Source: an uncultured Candidatus Bathyarchaeia archaeon (GTDB lineage Archaea > Thermoproteota > Bathyarchaeia > TCS64). From it: 40,152 nucleotides of DNA. The notes below the pieces were generated by a model. It saw only the letters and a list, made by a program, of their open reading frames with translations, was not told where the DNA came from and ran no database searches. Positions within the stretch are counted from its first letter, which is position 1; each line of letters begins with the position of its first letter. A program made the position numbers and the translations under genes. Location: positions 1 to 40,152 of the forward strand of contig CAZLHA010000004.1 in assembly GCA_964559155.1 (NCBI GenBank), read 5' to 3'. This document shows positions 37,486 through 40,152 of the stretch, piece after piece.

Positions 37486-40152
37486 TTATCTTATTTTCCC
37501 GTTATCTACCTTCTCTAACCTGATCTTCTCTGCATCGGTTTTCAGCTGCTTGCCTTGGAGATAAGCTTTACCCCCCCGGGCTTCCAATGTATACTTTAGG
37601 AACTCCTCAAATGAGATCTTCTCGGATTTGTACTCCTCTACTCCATCAACATACACCTGGTCTCCAGGTTTGCTCTTCTCAGGGTTCAGTATTCCAACGT
37701 TCTTACCATCGTCTCCAGCTAGTAGCATTCCTTCACTTAGCTCGCCTCTTAGCTTCGCTGGCTCAAGGTTAGTAACTACTACTAAGTTCTTACCTAGCAG
37801 ATCATTCGGATCAGGATAGTGTGGTTTCAGTCCAGCGCATAGCTGTCTTTCTTCGTCACCGAGATCAATCTTCAACAAGTATAGCTTATCCGCGTTAGGA
37901 TGATCCTTTATCTCGGTTACCTTGGCTACTTTGAGGTTTAGCGCTGAGACATCGATGGGATTAATAAGCCTGTATTCTCCACCACAGTACTCCGTGATGA
38001 GTTCACACATCTCGACCAACGCATCTTCCAAGTATAGACCCGTGGTTTTCTTGTTACCCTGCACGTAGAGTAAGAGATTCTCTGTATCAAAACCGATCTT
38101 GGTGTGTTGCCCCTGCTTTACATCAAGCCAGCATAGGACCTTCTCCTCGTCCATCATAGCGAATTTACCGGGCTGAAGCTTCTCCTGCTCCGTCTCACCC
38201 AATGGTACATACAGTTCGTTACCTCTTGTTACCCCTAGTTCTAGGTCTCCTTTGATTTTATCCAAGTCGTGGAGTCCAGCGCTTACGAGTTTCTCTGCTG
38301 ACACTAGGTTATAGCTGTCGACAGCCGTGTTAATGGTTGGGAAGTTTCCCTTTTCTTTAACCAGTTTAACCAGATATACCGCAGAGTTCTCTACATCAAC
38401 CTTGGATTTCTTATAGATCTTGTTGTAAGCCTCAACAATGGGGTTATGTTCCAAGTCAATATCCTTGACAATGTCTGCTACCTGTTTTTTGAGCTTCTCC
38501 AAATCACTGTGAGATTTCTCAATATCGACGCCCTCAATGATGGCTAGTTTAACCTCTACACCAAGCTTGGCTATCCGTGGGTCCATCTCAAAGTTGATCT
38601 CCCTCTTCTCCGGCTCTGGTTCAGGGGTCTTGATCTCGATTGGGTCAATCTTTCTCAGTATTATCTCGGCCTCGCCAAGTTGATGATCTTCTACTCTTTT
38701 ATCAATGTCATCCCATGTGAGGTTCTCCAAGTTCATCTGCTTCTCGATCTTCTCAGCGAAAAGGGGCATGATAGGTTTAATCATTATAGCTATGTTTTTC
38801 ACGATGTATACACAGTCGGTTAATAGTCTCTGCGTTTTCTCTGGGTCTGTTTTACGATGCTCCCATGGGGCATTATCCTGGAAATACTTGTTACCTGTGC
38901 TACTTATTTCCAATATCCTGTTTACAGCTTCTCTGAATTCGTAGTTATCATAAGCCTCATAGACCTTCATGGATTTCTCGTGGATATCCTCAAGTAGTTT
39001 CTCGTTATCGCTCTTCGTTGTCTTGCCGTCAAAGTATTTCCCTGTAAAACTCATAACCCTATAGACGAGGTTAGCTAGGTTTGACACCAGTTCGTTGTTG
39101 ATCCTGTTCTCAAGATTCTTCAGATCCAGATCTATGTCTGTCATGGTGTGACTCAGGTTAGCCGCGTAGAAGAACCTCAACAATTCTGGGTCAAGATACT
39201 TCTGGAACTCCTCGGCTGTTAGGAATGTACCCCTGCTCTTGCTCATCTTCTCCCCGTTAACGGTCAGGAAACCATGTACAACTATATTGTCAGGTACATG
39301 GAACCCTGCTCCGTGGAGAACCGCGGGCCAGAAAAGTAGATGAAAATAGATTATATCCTTACCTATGAAGTGAATTATCTCATGTTCGTCTGTCTGCCAT
39401 ATGTCATCAGCGCTGAATTCCTTATCCTTGCAGTAATTAGCTGTAGAGGCTATGTAGCCAATAGGTGCGTCTAACCATACATAGAAGTATTTATCCTCCT
39501 CGCCAGGTATTTTGAAGCCAAAATATGGGCCATCTCTGCTAATACACCAGTCCTCTAGGCCATCGTTTACCCATGTTAATACCTGATTCCTTATCTCCGG
39601 CTGAAGCCTCTTGTTATTATTCAACCAGTCTCTAAGCCAGTCACTGAACTCGCTCAGTTTAAAGAAGTAGTGACGGCTCTTTCTCCTTATCGGCGTGGAG
39701 CCGCATATGCTACAGTACGGGTTTAGCAAGTCAATGGTACTGTAAGCAGTGTTACATTTCTCACAGACATCCCCATACTGGTCCTGAGCTCCACAATTCG
39801 GGCACATACCTTTAACGAATCTATCCGGGAGGTATCTTACACAGTTCTCACAGTAGGTTAACTCGATCTCCTTGGTGTATATGTGTCCTTTCTCTTTGAG
39901 ACGATTGAAGATCAACTCCGTGTAATGCTTGTTCTCTGGGCTATTGGTGCTGTAATAACTATCAAAGTCCACAAGATAGTTATCATAATCCCTTTTGTGC
40001 TCCTTCCACCAGCGATCGATAAAATCCTCAGGTGAGACGCCTTCCTTGGCGGCGTTAATCTCGATGGGGGTACCATGAGTATCCTCCGCGCCACAATAAA
40101 TAGCGTCTCTACCGCTCATCTTGAGGAATCTAACATAGATGTCTGTCTGAAT
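37486..40152 (-). CDS. metG: Methionine--tRNA ligase (5' end outside the window) with an inserted B3/B4 domain and a C-terminal OB/Trbp111-like domain
   Basis: Frame open to the window edge (IQTDIYVRFLKMSGRD); DTHGTPI, four CxxC knuckles, YVWLDAPIGY, IGKDI, KMSKS; C-terminal HPNADKL...NLEPAKLRGELSEGMLLA. Confidence 0.97.
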   Translation of the reverse strand: MQTDIYVRFLKMSGRDAIYCGAEDTHGTPIEINAAKEGVSPEDFIDRWWKEHKRDYDNYLVDFDSYYSTNSPENKHYTELIFNRLKEKGHIYTKEIELTYCENCVRYLPDRFVKGMCPNCGAQDQYGDVCEKCNTAYSTIDLLNPYCSICGSTPIRRKSRHYFFKLSEFSDWLRDWLNNNKRLQPEIRNQVLTWVNDGLEDWCISRDGPYFGFKIPGEEDKYFYVWLDAPIGYIASTANYCKDKEFSADDIWQTDEHEIIHFIGKDIIYFHLLFWPAVLHGAGFHVPDNIVVHGFLTVNGEKMSKSRGTFLTAEEFQKYLDPELLRFFYAANLSHTMTDIDLDLKNLENRINNELVSNLANLVYRVMSFTGKYFDGKTTKSDNEKLLEDIHEKSMKVYEAYDNYEFREAVNRILEISSTGNKYFQDNAPWEHRKTDPEKTQRLLTDCVYIVKNIAIMIKPIMPLFAEKIEKQMNLENLTWDDIDKRVEDHQLGEAEIILRKIDPIEIKTPEPEPEKREINFEMDPRIAKLGVEVKLAIIEGVDIEKSHSDLEKLKKQVADIVKDIDLEHNPIVEAYNKIYKKSKVDVENSAVYLVKLVKEKGNFPTINTAVDSYNLVSAEKLVSAGLHDLDKIKGDLELGVTRGNELYVPLGETEQEKLQPGKFAMMDEEKVLCWLDVKQGQHTKIGFDTENLLLYVQGNKKTTGLYLEDALVEMCELITEYCGGEYRLINPIDVSALNLKVAKVTEIKDHPNADKLYLLKIDLGDEERQLCAGLKPHYPDPNDLLGKNLVVVTNLEPAKLRGELSEGMLLAGDDGKNVGILNPEKSKPGDQVYVDGVEEYKSEKISFEEFLKYTLEARGGKAYLQGKQLKTDAEKIRLEKVDNGKIR

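Overview
Archaeal chromosomal segment. Evidence for an archaeon: TATA/BRE promoters, apparently leaderless genes, GGAGGTG/AGGTGA Shine-Dalgarno sites, translin and GTP-PEPCK. A Bathyarchaeia-like source is my inference only. The left 10 kb holds a 2339-aa secreted beta-helix/FN3/Ig surface protein, its membrane-anchored NosD-PKD partner and a USP gene. Next come cold-shock, YbjQ and PerR-peroxiredoxin genes, then two divergent ABC exporter operons around an ArsR-like regulator. A catabolic block follows (MBL hydrolases, M20 peptidases, four-carbon acid-sugar kinase/PdxA2/LarA-like operon, two creatininase paralogs, Ser/Thr dehydratase), plus housekeeping genes (rbr, translin, cysS, pckG, panB, 5'-truncated metG). 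I saw no tRNA, rRNA, CRISPR array, transposase or recombinase. Four signals stand out. (1) A stand-alone Cas2/VapD-like gene is tightly bracketed by 25-bp inverted repeats that are themselves pseudo-palindromic. (2) An 83-bp perfect inverted repeat is shared in-frame by the two otherwise diverged ABC ATPase genes and defines a potentially invertible 820-bp promoter/regulator cassette. (3) MetRS carries an inserted B3/B4 (PheRS editing-type) domain. (4) A LarA-family enzyme is coupled to a threonate/erythronate-type kinase/PdxA2 pathway.
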